A stretch of DNA of 64,000 bases from the human T2T-CHM13v2.0 reference genome, Homo sapiens. How positions within the stretch are numbered: position 1 is the stretch's first letter; each line of letters begins with the position of its first letter. The notes under the pieces are model-generated. The model saw only the letters and a program-made list of their open reading frames with translations, ran no database searches and was not told the origin of the DNA. A program made the translations under genes and the position numbers. The stretch lies in the NCBI RefSeq assembly GCF_009914755.1, contig NC_060929.1, one strand, 5' to 3'. Positions 53,601 to 64,000 of the stretch are shown in pieces.

Positions 53601-56600
53601 TCTCAGAAACTGCTCTGTGATGTGTGCGTTCAACTCTCAGAGTTTAACTTTTCTTTTCATTCAGCAGTTTGGAAACACTCTGTTTGTAAAGTCTGCACGT
53701 GGATAATTTGATCACTTAGAGGCCTTCGTTGGAAAGGGGTTTTTTTCATGTAAGGCTAGACAGAAGAATTCTCAGTAACTTCCTTGTGTTGTGTGTATTC
53801 AACTCACAGAGTTGAACGATCCTTTACACAGAGCAGACTTGTAACACTCTTTTTGTGGAATTTGCAAGTGGAGATTTCAGCCGCTTTGAAGTCAAAGGTA
53901 GAAAAGGAAATATCTTCCTATAAAAAATAGACAGAATGATTCTCAGAAACTCCTTTGTGATGTGTGCGTTCAACTCACAGAGTTTAACCTTTCTTTTCAT
54001 AGAGCAGTTAGGAAACACTCTCCTTGTAAAGTCTGCAAGTGGATATTCAGCCCTCTTTGAGGCCTTCGTTGGAAACGGGTTTTTTTCATATAAGGCTAGA
54101 CAGAAGAATTCCCAGTAACTTCCTTGTGTTGTGTACATTCAACTCACAGAGTTGAACGTTCCCTTAGACAGAGCAGATTTGAAACTCTCTTTTTGTGCAA
54201 TTGGCAAGTGGAGATTTCAAGCGCTTTAAGGTCAATGGCAGAAAAGGAAATATCTTCGTTTCAAAACTAGACAGAATCATTCCCACAAACTGCGTTGTGA
54301 TGTGTTCGTTCAACTCACAGAGTTTAACCTTTCTTTTCTTAGAGCAGTTAGGAAACAGTCTGTTTGAAAATTCTGTAAGTGGATATTCTGACATCTTGTG
54401 GCCTTCGTTGGAAACGGGATTTCTTCATATTCTGCTAGACAGAAGAATTCTCAGAATCTTCCTTGTGTTGTGTGTATTCAACTCACACGGTTGAACGATC
54501 CTTTACACAGAGCAGATTTGAAACACTCATTTGGTGGAATTTGCAAGTGGAGATTTCAGCCGCTTTGAGGTCAATGGTAGAAAAGGAAATATCTTCGTAT
54601 AACAACTAGACAGAATGTTTCTCAGAAACTTCTTTGTGATGTGTGCGTTCAACTCACAGAGTTTAACCTTTCTTTTCATAGAGCAGTTAGGAAACACTCT
54701 GTTTGTAAACTCTGCAAGTGGATGTTCAGACCTCTTTGAGGCCTTCGTTGGAAACGGGATTTCTTCATACTGTGCTAGACAGAAGAATTCTCAGTAACTT
54801 CCTTGTGTTGTGTGTATTCAACTCACAGAGTTGAACGATCCTTTACACAGAGCAGACTTGAAACACTCTTTTTGTGGAATTTGCAAGTGGAGATTTCAGC
54901 CGCGTTGAGGTCAATGGTAGAAAAGGAAATATCTTCGTATAAAAACTAGACAGAATGATTCTCAGAAACTCCTTTGTGATGTGTGTGTTCAACTCACAGA
55001 GTTTAACCTTTCTTTTCATAGAGCAGTTAGGAATCACTCTGTTTGTAAAGTCTGCAAGTGGATATTCAGACCTCTTTGAGGCCTTCGTTGGAAACGGGTT
55101 TTTTTCATATAAGGCTAGACAGAAGAATTCCCAGTAACTTCCTTGTGTTTTGTGTGTTCAACTCACAGAGTTGAACTTTCATTTACACAGAGCAGATTTG
55201 AAACACTCTTTTTGTGGAATTTGCAAATGGAGATTTCAAGCGCTTTGAGGCCAAAGGCAGAAAAGGAAATATCTTCGTATAAAAACTAGACAGAATCATT
55301 CTCAGAAACTGCTCTGCGATGTGTGCGTTCAACTCTCAGAGTTTAACTTTGCTTTTCTTTCAGCAGTTTGGAAACACTCTGTTTGTAAAGTCTGCACGTG
55401 GATAATTTGACCACTTAGAGGCCTTCGTTGGAAACGGGTTTTTTTCATGTAAGGCTAGACAGAAGAATTCTCAGTAACTTCCTTGTGTTGTGTGTATTCA
55501 ACTCACACAGTTGAACGATCCTTTACACAGAGCAGACTTGTAACACTCTTTTTGTGGAATTTGCAAGTGGAGATTTCAGCCGCTTTGAAGTCAAAGGTAG
55601 AAAAGGAAATATCTTCCTATAAAAACTAGACAGAATGATTCTCAGAAACTCCTTTGTGATGTGTGCGTTCAACTCACAGAGTTTAACCTTTCTTTTCATA
55701 GAGCAGTTAGGAAACACTCTGTTTGTAAAGTCTCCAAGTGGATATTCAGACCTCTTTGAGGCCTTCGTTGGAAACGGGTTTTTTTCATATAAGGCTAGAC
55801 AGAAGAATTCCCAGTAACTTCCTTGTGTTGTGTGTGTTCAACTCACAGAGTTGAACTTTGATTTACACAGAGCAGATTTGAAACACTCTTTTTGTGGAAT
55901 TTGCAAGTGGAGATTTCAAGCGCTTTGAGGCCAAAGGCAGAAAAGGAAATATCTTCGTATAAAAACTAGACAGAATCATTCTCAGAAACTGCTCTGCGAT
56001 GTGTGCGTTCAACTCTCAGAGTTTAACTTTTCTTTTCATTCAGCAGTTTGGAAACACTCTGTTTGTAAAGTCTGCACGTGGATATTTTGACCACTTAGAG
56101 GCCTTCGTTGGAAACGGGTTTTTTTCCTGTAAGGCTAGACAGAAGAATTCCCAGTAACTTCCTTGTGTTGTGTACATTCAACTCACAGAGTTGAACGTTC
56201 CCTTAGACAGAGCAGATTTGAAACACTCTTTTTGTGCAATTGGCAAGTGGAGATTTCAAGCGCTTTAAGGTCAATGGCAGAAAAGGAAATATCTTCGTTT
56301 CAAAACTAGACAGAATCATTCCCACAAACTGCGTTGTGATGTGTTCGTTCATCTCACAGAGTTTAACCTTTCTTTTCATAGAGCAGTTAGGAAACAGTCT
56401 GTTTGAAAATTCTGTAAGTGGATATTCTGACATCTTGTGGCCTTCGTTGGAAACGGGATTTCTTCATATTCTGCTAGACAGAAGAATTCTCAGAATCTTC
56501 CTTGTGTTGTGTGTATTCAACTCACACAGTTGAACGATCCTTTACACAGAGCAGATTTGAAACACTCATTTGGTGGAATTTGCAAGTGGAGATTTCAGCC

Positions 56601-59600
56601 GCTATGAGGTCAATGGTAGAAAAGGAAATATCTTCGTATAAAAACTAGACAGAATGATTCTCAGAAACTTCTTTGTGATGTGTGCGTTCAACTCACAGAG
56701 TTTAACCTTTCTTTTCATAGAGCAGTTAGGAAACACTCTGTTTGTAAACTCTGCAAGTGGATATTCAGACGTCTTTGAGGCCTTCGTTGGAAACGGGATT
56801 TCTTCATACTGTGCTAGACAGAAGAATTCTCAGTAACTTCCTTGTGTTGTGTGTATTCAACTCACAGAGTTGAACGATCGTTTACACAGAGCAGACTTGA
56901 AACACTCTTTTTGTGGAATTTGCAAGTGGAGATTTCAGCCGCGTTGAGGTCAATGGTAGAAAAGGAAATATCTTCGTATAAAAACTAGACAGAATGATTC
57001 TCAGAAACTCCTTTGTGATGTGTGTGTTCAACTCACAGAGTTTAACCTTTCTTTTCATAGAGCAGTTAGGAATCACTCTGTTTGTAAAGTCTGCAAGTGG
57101 ATATTCAGACCTCTTTGAGGCCTTCGTTGGAAACGGGTTTTTTTCATATAAGGCTAGACAGAAGAATTCCCAGTAACTTCCTTGTGTTGTGTGTGTTCAA
57201 CTCACAGAGTTGAACTTTTATTTACACAGAGCAGATTTGAAACTCTCTTTTTGTGGAATTTGCAATTGGAGATTTCAAGCGCTTTGAGGCCAAAGGCAGA
57301 AAAGGAAATATCTTCGTATAAAAACTAGACAGAATCATTCTCAGAAACTGCTCTGCGATGTGTGCGTTCAACTCTCAGAGTTTAACTTTGCTTTTCATTC
57401 AGCAGTTTGGAAACACTCTGTTTGTAAAGTCTGCACGTGGATAATTTGACCACTTAGAGGCCTTCGTTGGAAACGGGTTTTTTTCATGTAAGGCTAGACA
57501 GAAGAATTCTCAGTAACTTCCTTGTGTTGTGTGTATTAAACTCACACAGTTGAACGATCCTTTACACAGAGCAGACTTGTAACACTCTTTTTGTGGAATT
57601 TGCAAGTGGAGATTTCAGCCGCTTTGAAGTCAAAGGTAGAAAAGGAAATATCTTCCTATAAAAACTAGACAGAATGATTCTCAGAAACTCCTTTGTGATG
57701 TGTGCGTTCAACTCACAGAGTTTAACCTTTCTTTTCATAGAGCAGTTAGGAAACACTCTGTTTGTAAAGTCTCCAAGTGGATATTCAGACCTCTTTGAGG
57801 CCTTCGTTGGAAACGTGTTTTTTTCATATAAGGCTAGACAGAAGAATTCCCAGTAACTTCCTTGTGTTGTGTGTGTTCAACTCACAGAGTTGAACTTTGA
57901 TTTACACAGAGCAGATTTGAAACACTCTTTTTGTGGAATTTGCAAGTGGAGATTTCAAGCGCTTTGAGGCCAAAGGCAGAAAAGGAAATATCTTCGTATA
58001 AAAACTAGACAGAATCATTCTCAGAAACTGCTCTGCGATGTGTGCGTTCAACTCTCAGAGTTTAACTTTTCTTTTCATTCAGCAGTTTGGAAACACTCTG
58101 TTTGTAAAGTCTGCACGTGGATAATTTGACCACTTAGAGGCCTTCGTTGGAAACGGGTTTTTTTCATGTAAGGCTAGACAGAAGAATTCTCAGTAACTTC
58201 CTTGTGTTGTGTGTATTCAACTCACACAGTTGAACGATCCTTTACACAGAGCAGACTTGTAACACTCTTTTTGTGGAATTTGCAAGTGGAGATTTCAGCC
58301 GCTTTGAAGTCAAAGGTAGAAAAGGAAATATCTTCCTATAAAAACTAGACAGAATGATTCTCAGAAACTCCTTTGTGATGTGTGTGTTCAACTCACAGAG
58401 TTTAACCTTTCTTTTCATAGAGCAGTTAGGAATCACTCTGTTTGTAAAGTCTGCAAGTGGATATTCAGACCTCTTTGAGGCCTTCGTTGGAAACGGGTTT
58501 TTTTCATATAAGGCTAGACAGAAGAATTCCCAGTAACTTCCTTGTGTTGTGTGTGTTCAACTCACAGAGTTGAACTTTCATTTACACAGAGCAGATTTGA
58601 AACACTCTTTTTGTGGAATTTGCAAATGGAGATTTCAAGCGCTTTGAGGCCAAAGGCAGAAAAGGAAATATCTTCGTATAAAAACTAGACAGAATCATTC
58701 TCAGAAACTGCTCTGCGATGTGTGCGTTCAACTCTCAGAGTTTAACTTTTCTTTTCATTCAGCAGTTTGGAAACACTCTGTTTGTAAAGTCTGCACGTGG
58801 ATAATTTGACCACTTAGAGGCCTTCGTTGGAAACGGGTTTTTTTCATGTAAGGCTAGACAGAAGAATTCTCAGTAACTTCCTTGTGTTGTGTGTATTCAA
58901 CTCACACAGTTGAACGATCCTTTACACAGAGCAGACTTGTAACACTCTTTTTGTGGAATTTGCAAGTGGAGATTTCAGCCGCTTTGAAGTCAAAGGTAGA
59001 AAAGGAAATATCTTCCTATAAAAACTAGACAGAATGATTCTCAGAAACTCCTTTGTGATGTGTGTATTCAACTCACAGAGTTTAACCTTTCTTTTCATAG
59101 AGCAGTTAGGAAACACTCTGCTTGTAAAGTCTGCAAGTGGATATTCAGCCCTCTTTGAGGCCTTCGTTGGAAACGGGTTTTTTTCATATAAGGCTAGACA
59201 GAAGAATTCCCAGTAACTTCCTTGTGTTGTGTGTGTTCTACCCCCAGAGTTGAACTTTGATTTACACAGAGCAGATTTGAAACACTCTTTTTGTGGAATT
59301 TGCAAGTGGAGATTTCAAGCGCTTTGAGGCCAAAGGCAGAAAAGGAAATATCTTCGTATAAAAACTAGACAGAATCATTCTCAGAAACTGCTCTGCGATG
59401 TGTGCGTTCAACTCTCAGAGTTTAACTTTTCTTTTCATTCAGCAGTTTGGAAACACTCTGTTTGTAAAGTCTGCACGTGGATATTTTGACCACTTAGAGG
59501 CCTTCGTTGGAAACGGGTTTTTTTCCTGTAAGGCTAGACAGAAGAATTCCCAGTAACTTCCTTGTGTTGTGTACATTCAACTCACAGAGTTGAACGTTCC

Positions 59601-62314
59601 CTTAGACAGAGCAGATTTGAAACACTCTTTTTGTGCAATTGGCAAGTGGAGATTTCAAGCGCTTTAAGGTCAATGGCAGAAAAGGAAATATCTTCGTTTC
59701 AAAACTAGACAGAATCATTCCCACAAACTGCGTTGTGATGTGTTCGTTCATCTCACAGAGTTTAACCTTTCTTTTCGTAGAGCAGTTAGGAAACAGTCTG
59801 TTTGTAAATTCTGTAAGTGGATATTCTGACATCTTGTGGCCTTCGTTGGAAACGGGATTTCTTCATATTCTGCTAGACAGAAGAATTCTCAGAATCTTCC
59901 TTGTGTTGTGTGTATTCAACTCACACAGTTGAACGATTGTTTACACAGAGCAGATTTGAAACACTCTTTTTGTGGAATTTGCAAGTGGAGATTTCAGCCG
60001 CTTTGAGGTCAATGGTAGAAAAGGAAATATCTTCGTATAAAAACTAGACAGAATGATTCTCAGAAACTTCTTTGTGATGTGTGCGTTCAACTCACAGAGT
60101 TTAACCTTTCTTTTCATAGAGCAGTTAGGAAACACTCTGTAAACTCTGCAAGTGGATATTTAGACCTCTTTGAGGCCTTCGTTGGAAACGGGATTTCTTC
60201 ATACTGTGCTAGACAGAAGAATTCTCAGTAACTTCCTTGTGTTGTGTGTATTCAACTCACAGAGTTGAACGATCCTTTACACAGAGCAGACTTGAAACAC
60301 TCTTTGTGGAATTTGCAATTGGAGATTTCAGCCGCGTTGAGGTCAATGGTAGAAAAGGAAATATCTTCGTATAAAAACTAGACAGAATGATTCTCAGAAA
60401 CTCCTTTGTGATGTGTGTGTTCAACTCACAGAGTTTAACCTTTCTTTTCATAGAGCAGTTAGGAATCACTCTGTTTGTAAAGTCTGCAAGTGGATATTCA
60501 GCCCTCTTTGAGGCCTTCGTTGGAAACGGGTTTTTTTCATATAAGGCTACACAGAAGAATTCCCAGTAACTTCCTTGTGTTGTGTGTGTTCAACTCACAG
60601 AGTTGAACTTTGATTTACACAGAGCAGATTTGAAACACTCTTTTTGTGGAATTTGCAAGTGGAGATTTCAAGCGCTTTGAGGCCAAAGGCAGAAAAGGAA
60701 ATATCTTCGTATAAAAACTAGACAGAATCATTCTCAGAAACTGCTCTGCGATGTGTGCGTTCAACTCTCAGAGTTTAATTTTTCTTTTCATTCAGCAGTT
60801 TGGAAACACTCTGTTTGTAAAGTCTGCACGTGGATAATTTGACCACTTAGAGGCCTTCGTTGGAAACGGGTTTTTTTCATGTAAGGCTAGACAGAAGAAT
60901 TCTCAGTAACTTCCTTGTGTTGTGTGTATTCAACTCACAGAGTTGAACGATCCTTTACACAGAGCAGACTTGTAACACTCTTTTTGTGGAATTTGCAAGT
61001 GGAGATTTCAGCCGCTTTGAAGTCAAAGGTAGAAAAGGAAATATCTTCCTATAAAAACTAGACAGAATGATTCTCAGAAACTCCTTTGTGATGTGTGCGT
61101 TCAACTCACAGAGTTTAACCTTTCTTTTCATAGAGCAGTTAGGAAACACTCTGCTTGTAAAGTCTGCAAGTGGATATTCAGCCCTCTTTGAGGCCTTCGT
61201 TGGAAACGGGTTTTTTTCATATAAGGCTAGACAGAAGAATTCCCAGTAACTTCCTTGTGTTGTGTGTGTTCAACTCACAGAGTTGAACTTTCGTTTACAC
61301 AGAGCAGATTTGAAACACTCTTTTTGTGGAATTTGCAAATGGAGATTTCAAGCGCTTTGAGGCCAAAGGCAGAAAAGGAAATATCTTCGTATAAAAACTA
61401 GACAGAATCATTCTCAGAAACTGCTCTGCGATGTGTGCGTTCAACTCTCAGAGTTTAACTTTGCTTTTCATTCAGCAGTTTGGAAACACTCTGTTTGTAA
61501 AGTCTGCACGTGGATAATTTGACCACTTAGAGGCCTTCGTTGGAAACGGGTTTTTTTCATGTAAGGCTAGACAGAAGAATTCTCAGTAACTTCCTTGTGT
61601 TGTGTGTATTCAACTCACAGAGTTGAACGATCCTTTACACAGAGGAGACTTGTAACACTCTTTTTGTGGAATTTGCAAGTGGAGATTTCAGCCGCTTTGA
61701 AGTCAAAGGTAGAAAAGGAAATATCTTCCTATAAAAACTAGACAGAATGATTCTCAGAAACTCCTTTGTGATGTGTGCGTTCAACTCACAGAGTTTAACC
61801 TTTCTTTTCATAGAGCAGTTAGGAAACACTCTGCTTGTAAAGTCTGCAAGTGGATATTCAGCCCTCTTTGAGGCCTTCGTTGGAAACGGGTTTTTTTCAT
61901 ATAAGGCTAGACAGAAGAATTCCCAGTAACTTCCTTGTGTTGTGTGTGTTCTACTCACAGAGTTGAACTTTGATTTACACAGAGCAGATTTGAAACACTC
62001 TTTTTGTGGAATTTGGAAGTGGAGATTTCAAGCGCTTTGAGGCCAAAGGCAGAAAAGGAAATATCTTCGTATAAAAACTAGACAGAATCATTCTCAGAAA
62101 CTGCTCTGCGATGTGTGCGTTCAACTCTCAGAGTTTAACTTTTCTTTTCATTCAGCAGTTTGGAAACACTCTGTTTGTAAAGTCTGCACGTGGATATTTT
62201 GACCACTTAGAGGCCTTCGTTGGAAACGGGTTTTTTTCCTGTAAGGCTAGACAGAAGAATTCCCAGTAACTTCCTTGTGTTGTGTACATTCAACTCACAG
62301 AGTTGAACGTTCCC

Positions 62315-64000
62315 TTAGACAGAGCAGATTTGAAACACTCTTTTTGTGCAATTGGCAAGTGGAGATTTCAAGCGCTTTGAGGTCAATGGCAGAAAAGGAA
62401 ATATCTTCGTTTCAAAACTAGACAGAATCATTCCCACAAACTGCGTTGTGATGTGTTCGCTCAACTCACAGAGTTTAACCTTTCTTTTCATAGAGCAGTT
62501 AGGAAACAGTCTGTTTGTAAATTCTGTAAGTGGATATTCTGACATCTTGTGGCCTTCGTTGGAAACGGGATTTCTTCATATTCTGCTAGACAGAAGAATT
62601 CTCAGAATCTTCCTTGTGTTGTGTGTATTCAACTCACAGAGTTGAACGATGGTTTACACAGAGCAGATTTGAAACACTCTTTTTGTGGAATTTTCAAGTG
62701 GAGATTTCAGCCGCTTTGAGGTCAATGGTAGAAAAGGAAATATCTTCGTATAAAAACTAGACAGAATGATTCTCAGAAACTTCTTTGTGATGTGTGCGTT
62801 CAACTCACAGAGTTTAACCTTTCTTTTCATAGAGCAGTTAGGAAACACTGTGTTTTTAAACTGTGCAAGTGGATATTCAGACCTCTTTGAGGCCTTCGTT
62901 GGAAACGGGATTTCTTCATACTGTGCTAGACAGAAGAATTCTCAGTAACTTCCTTGTTTTGTGTGTATTCAACTCACAGAGTTGAACGATCCTTTACACA
63001 GAGCAGACTTGAATCACTCTTTTTGTGGAATTTGCAAGTGGAGATTTCAGCCGCGTTGAGGTCAATGGTAGAAAAGGAAATATCTTCGTATAAAAACTAG
63101 ACAGAATGATTCTCAGAAACTCCTTTGTGATGTGTGTGTTCAACTCACAGAGTTTAACATTTCTTTTCATAGAGCAGTTAGGAAACACTCTGTTTGTAAA
63201 GTTTGCAAGTGGATATTCAGACCTCTTTGAGGCCTTCGTTGGAAACGGGTTTTTTTCATATAAGGCTAGACAGAAGAATTCCCAGTAACTTCCTTGTGTT
63301 GTGTGTGTTCAACTCACAGAGTTGAACTTTCATTTACACAGAGCAGATTTGAAACTCTCTTTTTGTGGAATTTACAAATGGAGATTTCAAGCGCTTTGAG
63401 GCCAAAGGCAGAAAAGGAAATATCTTCGTATAAAAACTAGACAGAATCATTCTCAGAAACTGCTCTGCGATGTGTGCGTTCAACTCTCAGAGTTTAACTT
63501 TTCTTTTCATTCAGCAGTTTGGAAACACTCTGTTTGTAAAGTCTGCACGTGCATAATTTGACCACTTAGAGGCCTTCGTTGGAAACAGGTTTTTTTCATG
63601 TAAGGCTAGACAGAAGAATTCTCAGTAACTTCCTTGTGTTGTGTGTATTCAACTCACACAGTTCAACGATCCTTTACACAGAGCAGACTTGTAACACTCT
63701 TTTTGTGGAATTTGCAAGTGGAGATTTCAGCCGCTTTGAAGTCAAAGGTAGAAAAGGAAATATCTTCCTATAAAAACTAGACAGAATGATTCTCAGAAAC
63801 TCCTTTGTGATGTGTGCGTTCAACTCACAGAGTTTAACCTTTCTTTTCATTCACCAGTTTGGAAACACTCTGTTTGTAAAGTCTGCACGTGGATATTTTG
63901 ACCACTTAGAGGCCTTCGTTGGAAACGGGTTTTTTTCCTGTAAGGCTAGACAGAAGAATTCCCAGTAACTTCCTTGTGTTGTGTACATTCAACTCACAGA
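62315..64000 (+). repeat. Distant copy of block 33776-35461 (offset 28,539 bp), running to the window edge
   Basis: Shared ordered rare variants: GTTCGCTCAAC, ATTTTCAAGT, CCTTGTTTTGTG, TGAATCACTC, GAGTTTAACAT, AGTTTGCAAG, ATTTACAAAT, TGCATAATTT, GGAAACAGG and CATTCACCAG. Confidence 0.88.

Larger units (their letters stand above)
19407..63932 (+). promoter_or_regulatory. Dense CENP-B box lattice, one site per ~340 bp (every second monomer)
   Basis: CTTCGTTGGAAACGGG(A/T) is present in most dimers from 19407 onward. By eye, about 18 of ~132 sites carry a substitution in an essential position. Confidence 0.93.
1..64000 (+). repeat. Alpha satellite (alphoid) centromeric tandem repeat, SF1 dimeric type; ~170-bp monomers, ~340-bp dimers, uniform orientation
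   Basis: Continuous ~340-bp periodicity. Hallmark alphoid motifs CATTCTCAGAAAC, TTCAACTCACAGAGTT and TTTGAAACACTCTTTTTGTGGAATTTGCAAGTGGA recur throughout. The CENP-B box CTTCGTTGGAAACGGG alternates with an A-type box (CAATGGTAGAAAAGGAA). An EcoRI site GAATTC occurs about once per dimer, matching the classic 340-bp EcoRI dimer. Confidence 0.99.
19275..64000 (+). repeat. Array 2: CENP-B-box-rich SF1 array with variable-length HORs; resembles D1Z7/D5Z2/D19Z3 (S1C1/5/19H1L) (name tentative)
   Basis: About 132 dimers of five recurring types: A (GTTCCCTTAGAC/TGTGCAATTGGC/CATTCCCACAAACTGCG, 339 bp), B (AAACTTCTTTGT/CATACTGTGCTAG), C (CCGCGTTGAGG), D (GCCAAAGGCAG/GCTCTGCGATG/CCACTTAGAGG) and E (GACTTGTAACAC/GAAGTCAAAGG/CTTCCTATA). 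Most dimers carry an intact CENP-B box. Family assignment is from recall only. Confidence 0.9.

Noticed and set aside
46348-59305. Longest ORFs (127 aa, minus strand at 46348, 48387 and 58922)
   Set aside because: They result from a single substitution (TTCAAC>TTCTAC) that removes a stop in duplicated satellite blocks. They are useful only as duplication markers.
19420-63940. CGGG followed by T7 runs resembling intrinsic or Pol III terminators; CACGTG E-box motifs
   Set aside because: These are fixed parts of the C/D/E monomers with no upstream hairpin or gene, and the sequence alone gives no evidence of function.
130-63968. About 250 short ORFs (60-127 aa) on both strands, e.g. MFPNCSMKRKVKLCELN... 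and MILRNSFVMCAFNSQS...
   Set aside because: They recur at the 340-bp satellite period, mostly use non-ATG or incidental starts, gain and lose stops at random, and show no recognisable domain. They are translations of alpha satellite.
1-64000. CRISPR-like regularly spaced repeats
   Set aside because: The sequence between conserved motifs is itself repeated (no unique spacers), the period is 170/340 bp, and no cas genes are present.

Overview
The whole 64 kb window is primate, most likely human, centromeric alpha-satellite DNA. It consists of ~170-bp monomers in head-to-tail, single-orientation arrays, organised as ~340-bp dimers (one CENP-B-box-type monomer plus one A-type monomer), which is the suprachromosomal family 1 (SF1, J1/J2) arrangement. 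I saw no genes, transposons or inversions, and all listed ORFs are periodic artefacts of the repeat. The window captures the exact junction between two different higher-order-repeat (HOR) arrays. (1) Positions 1-~19,200 are a very homogeneous 2,720-bp 16-mer HOR with only 3 of 8 CENP-B boxes intact: six full copies, then 14-mer deletion variants. (2) Positions ~19,200-64,000 are a CENP-B-box-rich array built from five dimer types with the grammar A-B-C-D-(E-D)n, giving units of 8 to 22 monomers, with nested local and long-range duplications. By recall rather than alignment, array 2 resembles D1Z7/D5Z2/D19Z3 (S1C1/5/19H1L) and array 1 resembles the chr5 p-side 16-mer S1C5pH2, which would make this the edge of an active centromeric array. 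The interest lies in satellite architecture and evolution (seamless in-register junction, CENP-B-box step and gradient, super-HOR periods, haplotype domains). I found no support for a novel protein- or RNA-coding system. All counts and coordinates were read by eye and need computational confirmation.
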